From Nitrospinia bacterium (GTDB taxonomy: Bacteria; Nitrospinota; Nitrospinia; Nitrospinales; JAJDAT01): a DNA stretch of 64,000 bases. The position numbers were made by a program, and so were the translations under genes. The stretch spans positions 296,778 to 360,777 of the forward strand of contig JAJDAT010000049.1 in assembly GCA_029261715.1 (NCBI GenBank), given 5' to 3'. Under the pieces are notes generated by a model. It was not told where the DNA came from. It worked only from the letters and a program-made list of their open reading frames with translations, and did not search any database. Every line of letters begins with the position of its first letter. Position 1 is the stretch's first letter. Positions 49,995 through 59,615 of the stretch are shown piece by piece.

Positions 49995-50834
49995 ATGGGA
50001 TTAAGCGAGTCAAAACAAAAATTTTTTCAAATGAAGCAAGATGAATGGCGCTTTATGGGCGGTGATTTGGCTGAAGGAGCTTATAATATGGCCGAAGATA
50101 TGGCTTGTTTGCAATCGTGCGAAGAAGGTTTTTCTCCTCCTACGGTTAAACTTTATGGATGGAAGAAGCCTACTTTAACTATTGGCTATTCACAGCAGCC
50201 AAGTAAATTAATAAATTTAGAAAAAGCGCGCCAATTGGATATTCCAATTATTCGTAGGCCTACAGGAGGAAGAGTTCTTTTACATTGCGAAGAATTAACA
50301 TATAGCTTGATTGCTCCGAATGATCATCCCCTTTTAGGTGGAGACTTAAAGAAGTCTATGTGCGTTATTTCTGATATGTTAATAGGTTGTCTTGTGAAAT
50401 TAGGATGTTCTAAAGACGACATTCAATTTGCTCTTCCATCTAAGTCTAGAAGCCAAAGTGGGCCAGCTTGTTTTTCTTTAGCAAATCATTATGAATTGAC
50501 TTGTCGAGGGAAAAAAATAATTGGGAGCGCACAGAGGCGGATGAAGCGAGCGTTTTTACAACATGGTTCTCTTATTTTAGAATTTAATAGGCCTCTTTTA
50601 AATTCGCTCCTATTTTTTAAAAGTTCTCGATTGGCGCAAGAAAATTTAATAAAATTAACAGAGTCTTCAATTTCTATTGACGAATATTTTGGCAAGCAAA
50701 TTTCGTTTAAACAAACTGTCAAGGTTTTTAAAGAAGAGTTTGCTAATTTTTTACAAAGTAGATTAACGCTGGGAATATTGAATGATAGAGAAACGGAATA
50801 TAGGGAGCAATGGTTAAAAAATTGTGAACTATGA
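49995..50834 (+). CDS. Lipoate-protein ligase / octanoyltransferase (LplA/LipM family)
   Basis: NMA.D, LY.W..PTL.IGY.Q, RRPTGG..LH, GKKIIGSAQ, LQHGS. Confidence 0.93.
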   Translation: MGLSESKQKFFQMKQDEWRFMGGDLAEGAYNMAEDMACLQSCEEGFSPPTVKLYGWKKPTLTIGYSQQPSKLINLEKARQLDIPIIRRPTGGRVLLHCEELTYSLIAPNDHPLLGGDLKKSMCVISDMLIGCLVKLGCSKDDIQFALPSKSRSQSGPACFSLANHYELTCRGKKIIGSAQRRMKRAFLQHGSLILEFNRPLLNSLLFFKSSRLAQENLIKLTESSISIDEYFGKQISFKQTVKVFKEEFANFLQSRLTLGILNDRETEYREQWLKNCEL

Positions 50835-50962
50835 ACCTATGCTATTTTTACGGAAGTTTTTTTTTGCATAACGTTATGATACAATTACCGTTTTTGGAAT
50901 TATCTCCCTTTATATAAGACCCTAAAAGAGGGTAATTTTTTCCATATTCATATTGTAAAAGA

Positions 50963-51823
50963 ATGATTAAGTTTAAATTTTGGGGAGTTAGAGGTAGCGT
51001 TCCCACTGGGAGCCCGGATACCGCAAAGTTTGGTGGTAACACCACTTGTTTAGAAGTTCGTTGTGAAAACGAATTGCTAGTATTTGATAGCGGTACTGGT
51101 ATACGATATTTGGGTAATGAATTGATGAAGAGTCTACCTGTCAAAGGTAAGATTTTTTATTCCCATGTTCATTGGGATCATATTCAAGGGTTACCGTTTT
51201 TTACGCCGCTTTACGTTCCTGGTAATGAGTTTCAAATTTATGGCGGCTCTTCTATGCCTGTTACCATTGAAGAGACTCTAAAAAAACAAATGACAGCTCC
51301 TTGTTTTCCAGTACCTATGGATATAATGGGAGCGAATATCGGTTTTTTTGATGTTGCGCCTGGGGATATTGTAAAAGGCGATAACTACCAAGTTACTTTA
51401 GCTAGTCAGAATCATCCTAATAACTCTTTTGCATATAGGGTAGATTGCAATAATCAATCCATAGTATTTGCTACTGATACGGAGCATTACGAAGATAAGC
51501 TGGATGAAGATCTTGTTGAGTTGTCCCAAGGCGCCGATTATTTAATTTATGATAGTCAATATACTTATGATGAATATCATGGCTTTAACGGTCAAATGTC
51601 TCGAAAAAGCTGGGGGCACAGCACAGCTGAAGAAGGCTTGAAAATAGTTAAAGCGGCTGGCGTTAAAAACTTTGTTCTTTTTCATCATGACCCGACCCAC
51701 AACGATGAATTTATTTGCAAACTTGAACGAGAAGCTAAGGAGGTTTTCCCAAACTCCATCGCTGCTTATGAAGGATTGGAAATTGAAGTGGGTAAACCCA
51801 TCCCTGATTCTTTATTTACTTAA
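50963..51823 (+). CDS. MBL-fold metallo-hydrolase (phosphodiesterase-like)
   Basis: FWGVRGS, GGNTTC, SHVHWDH, HP, TDTE, WGHS, FHHDP. Confidence 0.92.
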   Translation: MIKFKFWGVRGSVPTGSPDTAKFGGNTTCLEVRCENELLVFDSGTGIRYLGNELMKSLPVKGKIFYSHVHWDHIQGLPFFTPLYVPGNEFQIYGGSSMPVTIEETLKKQMTAPCFPVPMDIMGANIGFFDVAPGDIVKGDNYQVTLASQNHPNNSFAYRVDCNNQSIVFATDTEHYEDKLDEDLVELSQGADYLIYDSQYTYDEYHGFNGQMSRKSWGHSTAEEGLKIVKAAGVKNFVLFHHDPTHNDEFICKLEREAKEVFPNSIAAYEGLEIEVGKPIPDSLFT

Positions 51824-53039
51824 TCTTTATCTTGTTCTTTTTTTAATTCTTTTTTTAGAGAGCTGTTCTTCTACACAAAAGATACTTGGCCCAAATCCCA
51901 ATTCCCAGCATTACGTAGACCTCACAAAAAAATACTTTCCTGATTTACCCACAAATATTCAAAAAGCGCTTTTTTTCTTTGCGAACCTTGACAAAAGAAT
52001 TGATTGGTTGGCTTTAAGCAAGTCAAGAAACGGAAGCCCTCGTCTTCATTTTTTTTTAAATAAGGGAGAGTTTAAACGAATTAATCGGACAGGCTTTGAC
52101 AAACCGTTAAAAGTTAATGATTTCGATATTTCTCCCGGAGATTTGAATAGAGATCGAACCGACGATTTACTTTTGATGGGGAATACAGGAAAAGGTAATC
52201 GTGCCCTGATATTTTTTAATAATAAAAAAGGGTATTTCTATCGTCCTCCAAAAAAAATGATTCCGAAAATTAATCCTGCTATGGATCGAGGAATGCTCGT
52301 TGATCTGGATTATGATGGGGATTTAGATATGTTGTTTACCCGGAAGAGTAGCGCAGGAGCCAAAACTTCTAATTCTGTACAATTTATTGTTAATAACGGA
52401 AAAAGAGGCTTTATTGACAGAACTTCTCTTCTTTTCCCCAAGATAACCAATAGTATTTCTGGGCTTTCTATAGCGGATTATGATGGCGACCAAGTTTTCG
52501 ATATCTTTTTCTTGAATCCTAATGGGAAAAATACCTTATGGATAAATAACGGTTCCGGCAAGTTTAAGGACGTTTCGTCATATTCTCTTCCAGGTATTCC
52601 AGGTAAACATGTTTTTGCTGATTGGGCGGATTTCGATCAAGATGGCGATAATGATTTATTAGTTGCCACAACAAGTCCAACAAAACGTTTTTCTAGATTT
52701 GAGGGCGAATATAATTTTTTTCTAGAAAACGATGGTAGAGGCCACTTTACAAAACGTTCATTAAAGCTTTTGCCCAGATACCCATCAACCCGTGTTTATT
52801 TATTGGATGCGGACAATAATGATATTCCAGATATTATTATTATAAGTAAAAAAGGCGTTCATCTGTTGATTGGTCATGGCGGTTGGAAATTTTCCGACGA
52901 AACTGCGAGGCGGTTACCGGAGAATGCGACTTTTGATGAAATGACCTTTGGAGACGTAGATGGAGATGGTAATTTAGATATTTTTGGCGTTGATAGGAAA
53001 AAGGGAGTAGGGAAATTATGGGTCAGCCGTTTTGAATAA
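51768..53039 (+). CDS. FG-GAP/VCBS repeat lipoprotein
   Basis: DLDYDGDLD, DYDGDQ, DFDQDGDND, DVDGDGNLD Ca-binding repeats; lipobox-like FLES|C; start uncertain. Confidence 0.88.
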   Translation: MKDWKLKWVNPSLILYLLNLYLVLFLILFLESCSSTQKILGPNPNSQHYVDLTKKYFPDLPTNIQKALFFFANLDKRIDWLALSKSRNGSPRLHFFLNKGEFKRINRTGFDKPLKVNDFDISPGDLNRDRTDDLLLMGNTGKGNRALIFFNNKKGYFYRPPKKMIPKINPAMDRGMLVDLDYDGDLDMLFTRKSSAGAKTSNSVQFIVNNGKRGFIDRTSLLFPKITNSISGLSIADYDGDQVFDIFFLNPNGKNTLWINNGSGKFKDVSSYSLPGIPGKHVFADWADFDQDGDNDLLVATTSPTKRFSRFEGEYNFFLENDGRGHFTKRSLKLLPRYPSTRVYLLDADNNDIPDIIIISKKGVHLLIGHGGWKFSDETARRLPENATFDEMTFGDVDGDGNLDIFGVDRKKGVGKLWVSRFE

Positions 53040-53066
53040 GTAGACCTTTTAAACTATCGATTTCTT

Positions 53067-53615
53067 TTAATTAGGTAAGGTTTTACGCAAGACGTTCAAA
53101 GAGTTTAAAAGAGTTACAGTGTGGTTGTCATAATCTAATTCACCCGCTACCCAATCCTTAAAGTCGTGATAAAGAGTGGATCCTGCGTCTCTTATTTGAC
53201 TTTTTTTAATATCGATCACGTCTAATACAGAACTAGCAAGTATCCCTCCACGGATATCTTCTTTTTCCAAAATCATGATTCGATTGTTAAGGTTTTTTTC
53301 TTCAGCAGGTAGTCCTAAGAAATCTCCAATTTCCAAAACCGATTCAATTTCTCCCCGGATGTTGACTAACCCTAATATATGCTTAGGCGCAGTGGGAACT
53401 GGATTGATTTTTTTGATAGGAATGATTTCTGAGACGTCCAATCCTTTTAGCGCAAAATAAGCTCCGCGGATTTCGAATATTACTAAAATTATTAATGGTT
53501 CCTTTACGACACCAGTAGCGCCTTTCTTTTCGCGAATTTTTTTGATTCGTTTAACAATTCGCGAGGACTTTTCTTTTGGGTTTTGATCGGATGTCATTTC
53601 TGTTTCTTTTGCCAA
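53067..53615 (-). CDS. cheW: CheW protein outside the che operon
   Basis: PVPTAP..LGLVNIRGEI; paralogous to 43696..44256. Confidence 0.9.
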   Translation of the reverse strand: MAKETEMTSDQNPKEKSSRIVKRIKKIREKKGATGVVKEPLIILVIFEIRGAYFALKGLDVSEIIPIKKINPVPTAPKHILGLVNIRGEIESVLEIGDFLGLPAEEKNLNNRIMILEKEDIRGGILASSVLDVIDIKKSQIRDAGSTLYHDFKDWVAGELDYDNHTVTLLNSLNVLRKTLPN

Positions 53616-53627
53616 AATAAATGGCGC

Positions 53628-55079
53628 TCAATTTTCAATAAGTAAATTCCAAGTATAATCTGGAGTTGCGGATAACAAATCCATAGAAAGATTTAATATA
53701 TCGCCTTTACGGAAACACGGTTTTGATTCTAAATAAGATTCCTTTGGAATTCCATCCTTATCGTAAAAAGTAAGACGGATGCCGGGTCTTCCTTTTATAA
53801 ACCACCCTGATCCTGATTCCATCTTACACATTAATCGAACATTCAAACATTTATTAGTACCGCATTCTGTTTCTTTAACCTTTAATACTTTTACTGCTTT
53901 ATTTTCAGGAAGCTGCAAACTATATTTTATAGGATCTTGTAGTTTTTTTCTAATTTCAATCCGGGTGAGCTGATTTATACGATCGGTTTTTTTTCGACTT
54001 TGTTTGACTGATTCAATTTCTTCTTGAAGTTCGCGTTTCAATAAAGCTAATTCCTGAAGTAGTTTTTCTTGTTTTTTTAATTCTTCTTTTCGTTTTTCTT
54101 CAAGGTTTTGTTTCTTTCCTCTGAGTTGTTTTGATAGTTTAGTTACGCGATCAGAAATAGATATTGGGAAAACAAAATCTCCCTGATCAAGAACTGCGTC
54201 TCGTAATTTCCCGTATTGTGGAACTTGACTTCCTTTAGAGTAATTAGCAACGACATTTTCTAAAAATTGACCCAATTCGGAGCCGGTAATATATCCATCT
54301 CGGTTCAAGTCTCCATCTCCATCAAAAGCGTGGACGAATTGTCGTCGAAAAATACTTTCGTCAGGAACTGATTGATTGGCGCGACCAGCGGAAATAAATT
54401 GCCGAACAGGTTTTCCTGTTTTTTCTTTAATAATTTGAGGGACGCTACGGCTAGTGGCGAAAATAGAACCGGCAAAGCAACTATCAAAAATGAATAAAGC
54501 ATGTTTGGACTGAATGGCGCGTGCGTATACTTCAATGTTTTGCATGCTCATAGCATGACGTAAAAATCCTCGTTTATCTATATTTGGATTTGGAGCGCCT
54601 CTTGGGACAATGAATCCCATTTCTGTTCCTCCATATTGAGGAACTAACGTGTGACCGTGGCCGGCAAAATAAAACAATAATCTGTTTTTCTCCGCAAGAC
54701 CATATCGGTCTATAAAGCTTTCAAATGCTTGATTAAGCTCTTCGCGTTTTGGATCCATAATAACTTCAACCGAAAATCCTAATGTCTCAAGAACTTCTTT
54801 TACTGATTTTATGTCTGAAATGACTCCAGATAAAGAAGGCCACAAGCCTTCATAGTCGCTTATTCCAATTAACAATGCATGACTTTCATTGTATAGACCA
54901 ACGGTGTTTCCTTCTGAGTCAATGATTGGGACAGGAATAATACCGCGATTTACCGGGCTATTTTGGTTATTGAAGTGTGATGATTTAGATACGGTGGGTT
55001 TGTTTTGTTCCAAACTTGGTCCAGCACACCCTAAAAAGTAGATTAAAAAAGCGGCGGTAATTTGGAGATGCAATTTCAT
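53628..55079 (-). CDS. Caspase-family (peptidase C14) lipoprotein with coiled coil
   Basis: ALLIGISDY, YFAGHG (catalytic His), DSCFAG (catalytic Cys); ATG at 55079 gives MKLHLQITAAFLIYFLG|C lipoprotein signal. Confidence 0.9.
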   Translation of the reverse strand: MKLHLQITAAFLIYFLGCAGPSLEQNKPTVSKSSHFNNQNSPVNRGIIPVPIIDSEGNTVGLYNESHALLIGISDYEGLWPSLSGVISDIKSVKEVLETLGFSVEVIMDPKREELNQAFESFIDRYGLAEKNRLLFYFAGHGHTLVPQYGGTEMGFIVPRGAPNPNIDKRGFLRHAMSMQNIEVYARAIQSKHALFIFDSCFAGSIFATSRSVPQIIKEKTGKPVRQFISAGRANQSVPDESIFRRQFVHAFDGDGDLNRDGYITGSELGQFLENVVANYSKGSQVPQYGKLRDAVLDQGDFVFPISISDRVTKLSKQLRGKKQNLEEKRKEELKKQEKLLQELALLKRELQEEIESVKQSRKKTDRINQLTRIEIRKKLQDPIKYSLQLPENKAVKVLKVKETECGTNKCLNVRLMCKMESGSGWFIKGRPGIRLTFYDKDGIPKESYLESKPCFRKGDILNLSMDLLSATPDYTWNLLIEN

Positions 55080-55164
55080 GAGTCGACGGAATAAAGTTTT
55101 TTTACATGATATATCGAATTTATTTAAAATCCCAAGAGGTTTATATATTGGAGTTTTATAAAAA

Positions 55165-56253
55165 TTAATGAAATCCAAAGATGGGTTCAGTAAGGTTCCG
55201 TAGATTAGGCGTATTTACTAGATATTCCGCTCCTATTGCGCTGATCTTATTTTCTTCTAAGGTTAATATTTTTAATTGGGTTGAGTTTGAGGATTTTGCA
55301 ACAGCGCGGGCGCCTTCGTCCCCAATGAAGTTGTAGTTTAAGTCAAGAGTTTCTAGGTTTTTTAAAGTCGAAGATTTAGCTAGCGCTTTAGCTCCTTCAT
55401 CTCCAATTTTATTGTTCGATAGCTTTAAAGATTTTAATTGAGAAACGGCTGGAGAATTTGCGATTTGGATTATAGAGGCATCGGTAAGATCGTTGTGAGC
55501 TAAATTCAATTCAATTAAATTTGAAACAAAGGGAGTTTCTAGAAGGGCCTCAATACCTATATCGCCAATGTAATGATTTTCAAGATTGTTTAATACCCCT
55601 TTTTTTTGCATTTCTGAAAATTTAATTTTATGTTCGAACTTTAAAAGCGCTTTTTTGCCACGCAGCCCAATTGGATTGTATGAAAGATATAGTTCCATCA
55701 AATTATTTAATTTTTCAGAAGAAGTTAAGTTGATTGCTCCGTCATCGCCAATATTGTTGTAGCTTAGATTTATTTCTTTTAGTAAAGGCAAAGTATCCGA
55801 ATTAGCAAGAAACGTAACTCCTTTAGCGCTTATATTATTCCGATATAAACTTAACGACTTTAATTTTGAGAAAATTGGCGATTTGGCGATCGCATTGACG
55901 CCGATATCGGAAATATTATTTTTGCCTAATTCAAGCGTTTGCAATCCAACCAAATATTTTGATTTGGCTAGTTCAATGATGCCTTCATCGCCAATGCCAG
56001 TTTCATATAAAACCAAAGTTTCGACGTTTTTAAGTAAGGGGGATTGGGCCAAAAACTTTGCGCCTTCTACACCAATTACTTTTGATTTGATTCTTAATGC
56101 GTGCTTATTCCTTCTAACTTTTTTCTTTACGTATTTTTCTAGTTTTTCAACAGTTATTGGTTCTGAAGCGCCTAATGAAAAAAAACAGCATATTAAAAGC
56201 CAAATCCAGGGTTTTGTTTGAAATGAAGTGTTTTTGGTTTTTTGCGGAATCAT
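55165..56253 (-). CDS. Exported RI-like leucine-rich repeat protein
   Basis: Signal peptide; L..L.L..N.IGD.GA.ALA repeats. Confidence 0.93.
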   Translation of the reverse strand: MIPQKTKNTSFQTKPWIWLLICCFFSLGASEPITVEKLEKYVKKKVRRNKHALRIKSKVIGVEGAKFLAQSPLLKNVETLVLYETGIGDEGIIELAKSKYLVGLQTLELGKNNISDIGVNAIAKSPIFSKLKSLSLYRNNISAKGVTFLANSDTLPLLKEINLSYNNIGDDGAINLTSSEKLNNLMELYLSYNPIGLRGKKALLKFEHKIKFSEMQKKGVLNNLENHYIGDIGIEALLETPFVSNLIELNLAHNDLTDASIIQIANSPAVSQLKSLKLSNNKIGDEGAKALAKSSTLKNLETLDLNYNFIGDEGARAVAKSSNSTQLKILTLEENKISAIGAEYLVNTPNLRNLTEPIFGFH

Positions 56254-57264
56254 TTAGTTTTCTTGTAGTCCTTCTAATTCACGGCCTGTTGAAACTTCTC
56301 CTCGATCAAAAGGAAAAATAGTATTAGTTAGATTTTTTAAATGGGGTGATTCTTTGATGGCTTGAACCCCTTTGTCGCTTATTTCGTTACCCCAGACGTT
56401 TAGAATTGTTAGAGATCTTAGGTGAACTGATTGAGATAAATCTTTAGCTCCTTGGAAATTAAATTGGTTCCACTGTAGATCTAATTTTTTTAATGTAGAA
56501 AGGTTTTTTGTGCCAGCTAAATATTTTATTCCTTCATTGCCTAATTGATTTCTTTTCAGATTTAGCTCGCTTAAACTATTTATGTTAGCGGAAGTTTTCC
56601 AGCGTTTCATTCCTCTTGAACCAATTTGATTTTTCGAAACGTCTAGTATTTTTAAACTTGGTAAGTTAGAAGATTCTGCAATTGCGGCAAACCCTTCGTC
56701 CCCAATATGATTATCTCCTAGTAGTAATACTCTTAAAGCTTTGAAACCTGCTTTTGCAATTGCCTTAGCTCCATTTGGCCCAATTTGGTTTCCAGAAAGA
56801 TCTAGATGTTCTAATTGAGCTAGGTTTTTTGACTTAGCGATTCCATCAACGATACCTTTATCTCCAACCTGATTACCCCATAAGTTTAGATAAGTTAAGC
56901 TTGTTACGTTTTTGGAGAAAGCTAGAGCTATTATTCCATCTGATTCAATATTGTTTTGGAATAGGTCTAAAAATTTAAGTTTAGTGAGGTAAGGAGAAGC
57001 AGCCAAGGCCTTTGCTCCGATATTGGTAATATCATGAGTTTGTAGCCTAAGGAATTGGACGTTACGTATCAGCTTTGATTGAGATAAAAATTTTATTCCA
57101 GAATCTTTTATGATTCCGCTTCCTCCCATATCTAATGACGTCCTGTTTTTTGATAATCCATTAAAGATAAATTGGTTAATATCAAATGAATAGACTAGAG
57201 CGGGGGAGCCGATAAGATAAAGAAAAAGAAACCACCAAGTTTTTTTCTGCACAATTTTTCGCAT
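56254..57264 (-). CDS. Exported RI-like leucine-rich repeat protein
   Basis: Signal peptide; LxxLxLxxNxIG repeats. Confidence 0.93.
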   Translation of the reverse strand: MRKIVQKKTWWFLFLYLIGSPALVYSFDINQFIFNGLSKNRTSLDMGGSGIIKDSGIKFLSQSKLIRNVQFLRLQTHDITNIGAKALAASPYLTKLKFLDLFQNNIESDGIIALAFSKNVTSLTYLNLWGNQVGDKGIVDGIAKSKNLAQLEHLDLSGNQIGPNGAKAIAKAGFKALRVLLLGDNHIGDEGFAAIAESSNLPSLKILDVSKNQIGSRGMKRWKTSANINSLSELNLKRNQLGNEGIKYLAGTKNLSTLKKLDLQWNQFNFQGAKDLSQSVHLRSLTILNVWGNEISDKGVQAIKESPHLKNLTNTIFPFDRGEVSTGRELEGLQEN

Positions 57265-57282
57265 CTTTTTGATCTTTGAATT

Positions 57283-59436
57283 TTAAGGAAAATTATGGAC
57301 TATGAGGTTAACTTCCAAACCATCTTGCAAATAGCCAAAATTGTTGATACCCGCAATTGTTGTCACAATACCTTGGGAATCTATTTTTCTGATCCGATTA
57401 TTGCCACGGTCAGTGACGTATAAATTGCCAAATGAGTCAAATGCAATGTCGAGAGGGTTTTGAAACTGAGCATTAACCGCAGGACCTCCGTCTCCAGAAA
57501 AACCGTTTTCACCCGTTCCTGCAACTGGAATAATTTGACCTGTTTTATCAATTTTCCTAATGCGATGCGTTTGTTGTTCGCAAATATATAATTCATTGTC
57601 GGGCGATAATGCTAAAGCACCTGGAGAACGAATACCTGCAGAAAGAGCGGGGCCATTATCTCCATGATCTACAAAATCGCCGTTTCCTGCAATGATTTCA
57701 ACTTTATTATTAGAACTTATTTTGTATATTTTACCAACGCCTGAGTCTGAAACGAACAGGTTACCTTTTGAATCAACTGCCAGTCCGTTAGGGTGAATAT
57801 CTCCAGGTAGTTCATCCCATGCTTTTTCCGCTACTTTTGAGATGATTCCATTCGCGTCAATTTTACGAACAAATCGATTAGATCTGTCGGCTATATATAG
57901 TTTGCCTGAAGGTCCAACAGCAATTGCTCTAATGGCTATAAATGAAGCGTCTAGCGCTTGACCTCCATCTCCATTGGTTCCAGCCAATGCATTTCCAGCA
58001 AAGGGTTTTATTTGTCCTTCGGAATTAATATGAACAATGCTCCAACCATTTCCATTCCTTCCAACTGCGTATATATCCCCTTTGTTTCCTTTTGCCACAA
58101 AGTTTGGTCTTAATAAAGGCGTTTCAAGAGCCAGTCCCGGAGTTCCACTTTGGCTAGCTTTTCCCGTCCCAGCAAAGGCGTAAATGTTTTTGTTAATATC
58201 TATTTTACGCAATCGGTTTTGCATTTGATCCGCGAAAATAATTGCTCCGCTATCATTAATTGCAATTCCTGATGGACCTTCTAGTGTTGCTCCTAATGCT
58301 GGGCCACCGTCCCCTTTCATTAAAGATTTTCCATTTCCTGCAATGGTTTTTACTCTGCCGGAAAGAAAGTCAACTTTTCTGATTCGGAAATGAGATCTGT
58401 CTACCACGAGCAAACTTTTTTGGTCTGGCGTAACAGTCAAAGAAAACGGTAAATGTAGATTGGATTGTGATGCGACGCCTTGGTCTCCATTGTAATGTGT
58501 TAGACCGGTTCCCATGAATGTGGTAATAATTCCGTCGGGATCCACTTTTCTGACACGGTTATTATTTCGGTCGGCAATATATATATTCCCTTTATTATCT
58601 GTGGTAACGTCGGTGGGGAAGGCCAGATCCCCTTGTTTAGCAGGTCCATAGTCGCCTCGAATTGCAAAAAGCCCGGTGCCAGCAACAGTATAGATGGTTC
58701 CATCTGGATCAATTTTTCGGATGCGATTGTTTCCTCGGTCTGCGACAAATAAATTCCCTTGATTATCGAAGGCAAGGCCAAAAGGAAATTTTAAAAAAGC
58801 TTCATCAGCAGGGCCAAAATCTCCTCCATAGCTAGCGACCCCCATTCCTGCATAGGTAGTTATAATTCCTTTAGTATTTACTTTTCTAATGCGATTATTA
58901 GATCTGTCCGAGATATAAATCTGTCCAAGTTTATCGATTGCTACATCAGAAGGGAAATGAAGGCTACTTTCAGTCGCGTTTATATTATCGCCTGTATAAT
59001 TTGGAACGCCATTTCCCGCAATTGTTGTGATGATCCCATTTGAGTCAATTTTTCGTATTCGATGGTTGTTGCGATCGGCCACATACAGATTTCCCGCGGA
59101 ATCGAAAGCCAGGCCAGCTGGAAAATTTAAAGAGGCATTTTTAGCTGGTCCTCCATCTCCTGAAAACGTGGCATGTCCATTTCCTGCAATAGTGGAGATA
59201 ATTCCGTTTTGGTCAATTTTACGAATTCTATTTTGGGATCGATGGGAAATATAAATATTTCCGTTGGGATCTGCTGTAATCCCGTCAACTAACGTAAAAA
59301 TCACAGAGGTTGCTTTTTGCCCATCGCCTAAGTTCTTGTGTGAGAATTGGTTTTCCGAAGAAGCTTTTAATGGAGCTCCAAAGGCAAGTACCCCGATTAC
59401 TATGATTAATTTTCTGAAATAAGTTAACTTTTGCAT
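57283..59436 (-). CDS. Exported teneurin-type NHL-repeat protein (about 12 blades)
   Basis: Repeats of TIAG.G..SGDGGPA..A.L.FP..A.D..GN.Y.ADR.N.RIRKID; signal peptide. Confidence 0.95.
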   Translation of the reverse strand: MQKLTYFRKLIIVIGVLAFGAPLKASSENQFSHKNLGDGQKATSVIFTLVDGITADPNGNIYISHRSQNRIRKIDQNGIISTIAGNGHATFSGDGGPAKNASLNFPAGLAFDSAGNLYVADRNNHRIRKIDSNGIITTIAGNGVPNYTGDNINATESSLHFPSDVAIDKLGQIYISDRSNNRIRKVNTKGIITTYAGMGVASYGGDFGPADEAFLKFPFGLAFDNQGNLFVADRGNNRIRKIDPDGTIYTVAGTGLFAIRGDYGPAKQGDLAFPTDVTTDNKGNIYIADRNNNRVRKVDPDGIITTFMGTGLTHYNGDQGVASQSNLHLPFSLTVTPDQKSLLVVDRSHFRIRKVDFLSGRVKTIAGNGKSLMKGDGGPALGATLEGPSGIAINDSGAIIFADQMQNRLRKIDINKNIYAFAGTGKASQSGTPGLALETPLLRPNFVAKGNKGDIYAVGRNGNGWSIVHINSEGQIKPFAGNALAGTNGDGGQALDASFIAIRAIAVGPSGKLYIADRSNRFVRKIDANGIISKVAEKAWDELPGDIHPNGLAVDSKGNLFVSDSGVGKIYKISSNNKVEIIAGNGDFVDHGDNGPALSAGIRSPGALALSPDNELYICEQQTHRIRKIDKTGQIIPVAGTGENGFSGDGGPAVNAQFQNPLDIAFDSFGNLYVTDRGNNRIRKIDSQGIVTTIAGINNFGYLQDGLEVNLIVHNFP

Positions 59437-59615
59437 GATCTCGTTGTTGAAAGTTGTAAACCTTATATTTTATTGCTAATTGAAAAAAACTCTACAAGAA
59501 TTTTTTAGATTTTTTAATAACTTAAAATAGGAAAAAGGCTCAAGGAACTATTTTGAGGCATATGGATAAATATAAATGGGTTTTTGTTTATGATGCTGAG
59601 TTCTCATCTGTTTTT

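Noticed and set aside
51672-51767. 152-bp overlap between the MBL hydrolase and FG-GAP genes
   Set aside because: Likely a start-call artefact; ATG at 51768 or later gives a normal lipoprotein signal
55080-55178. N-terminal 33 residues of the caspase ORF as given in the ORF track
   Set aside because: ATG at 55079 yields a canonical lipoprotein signal, so the upstream extension is probably not translated
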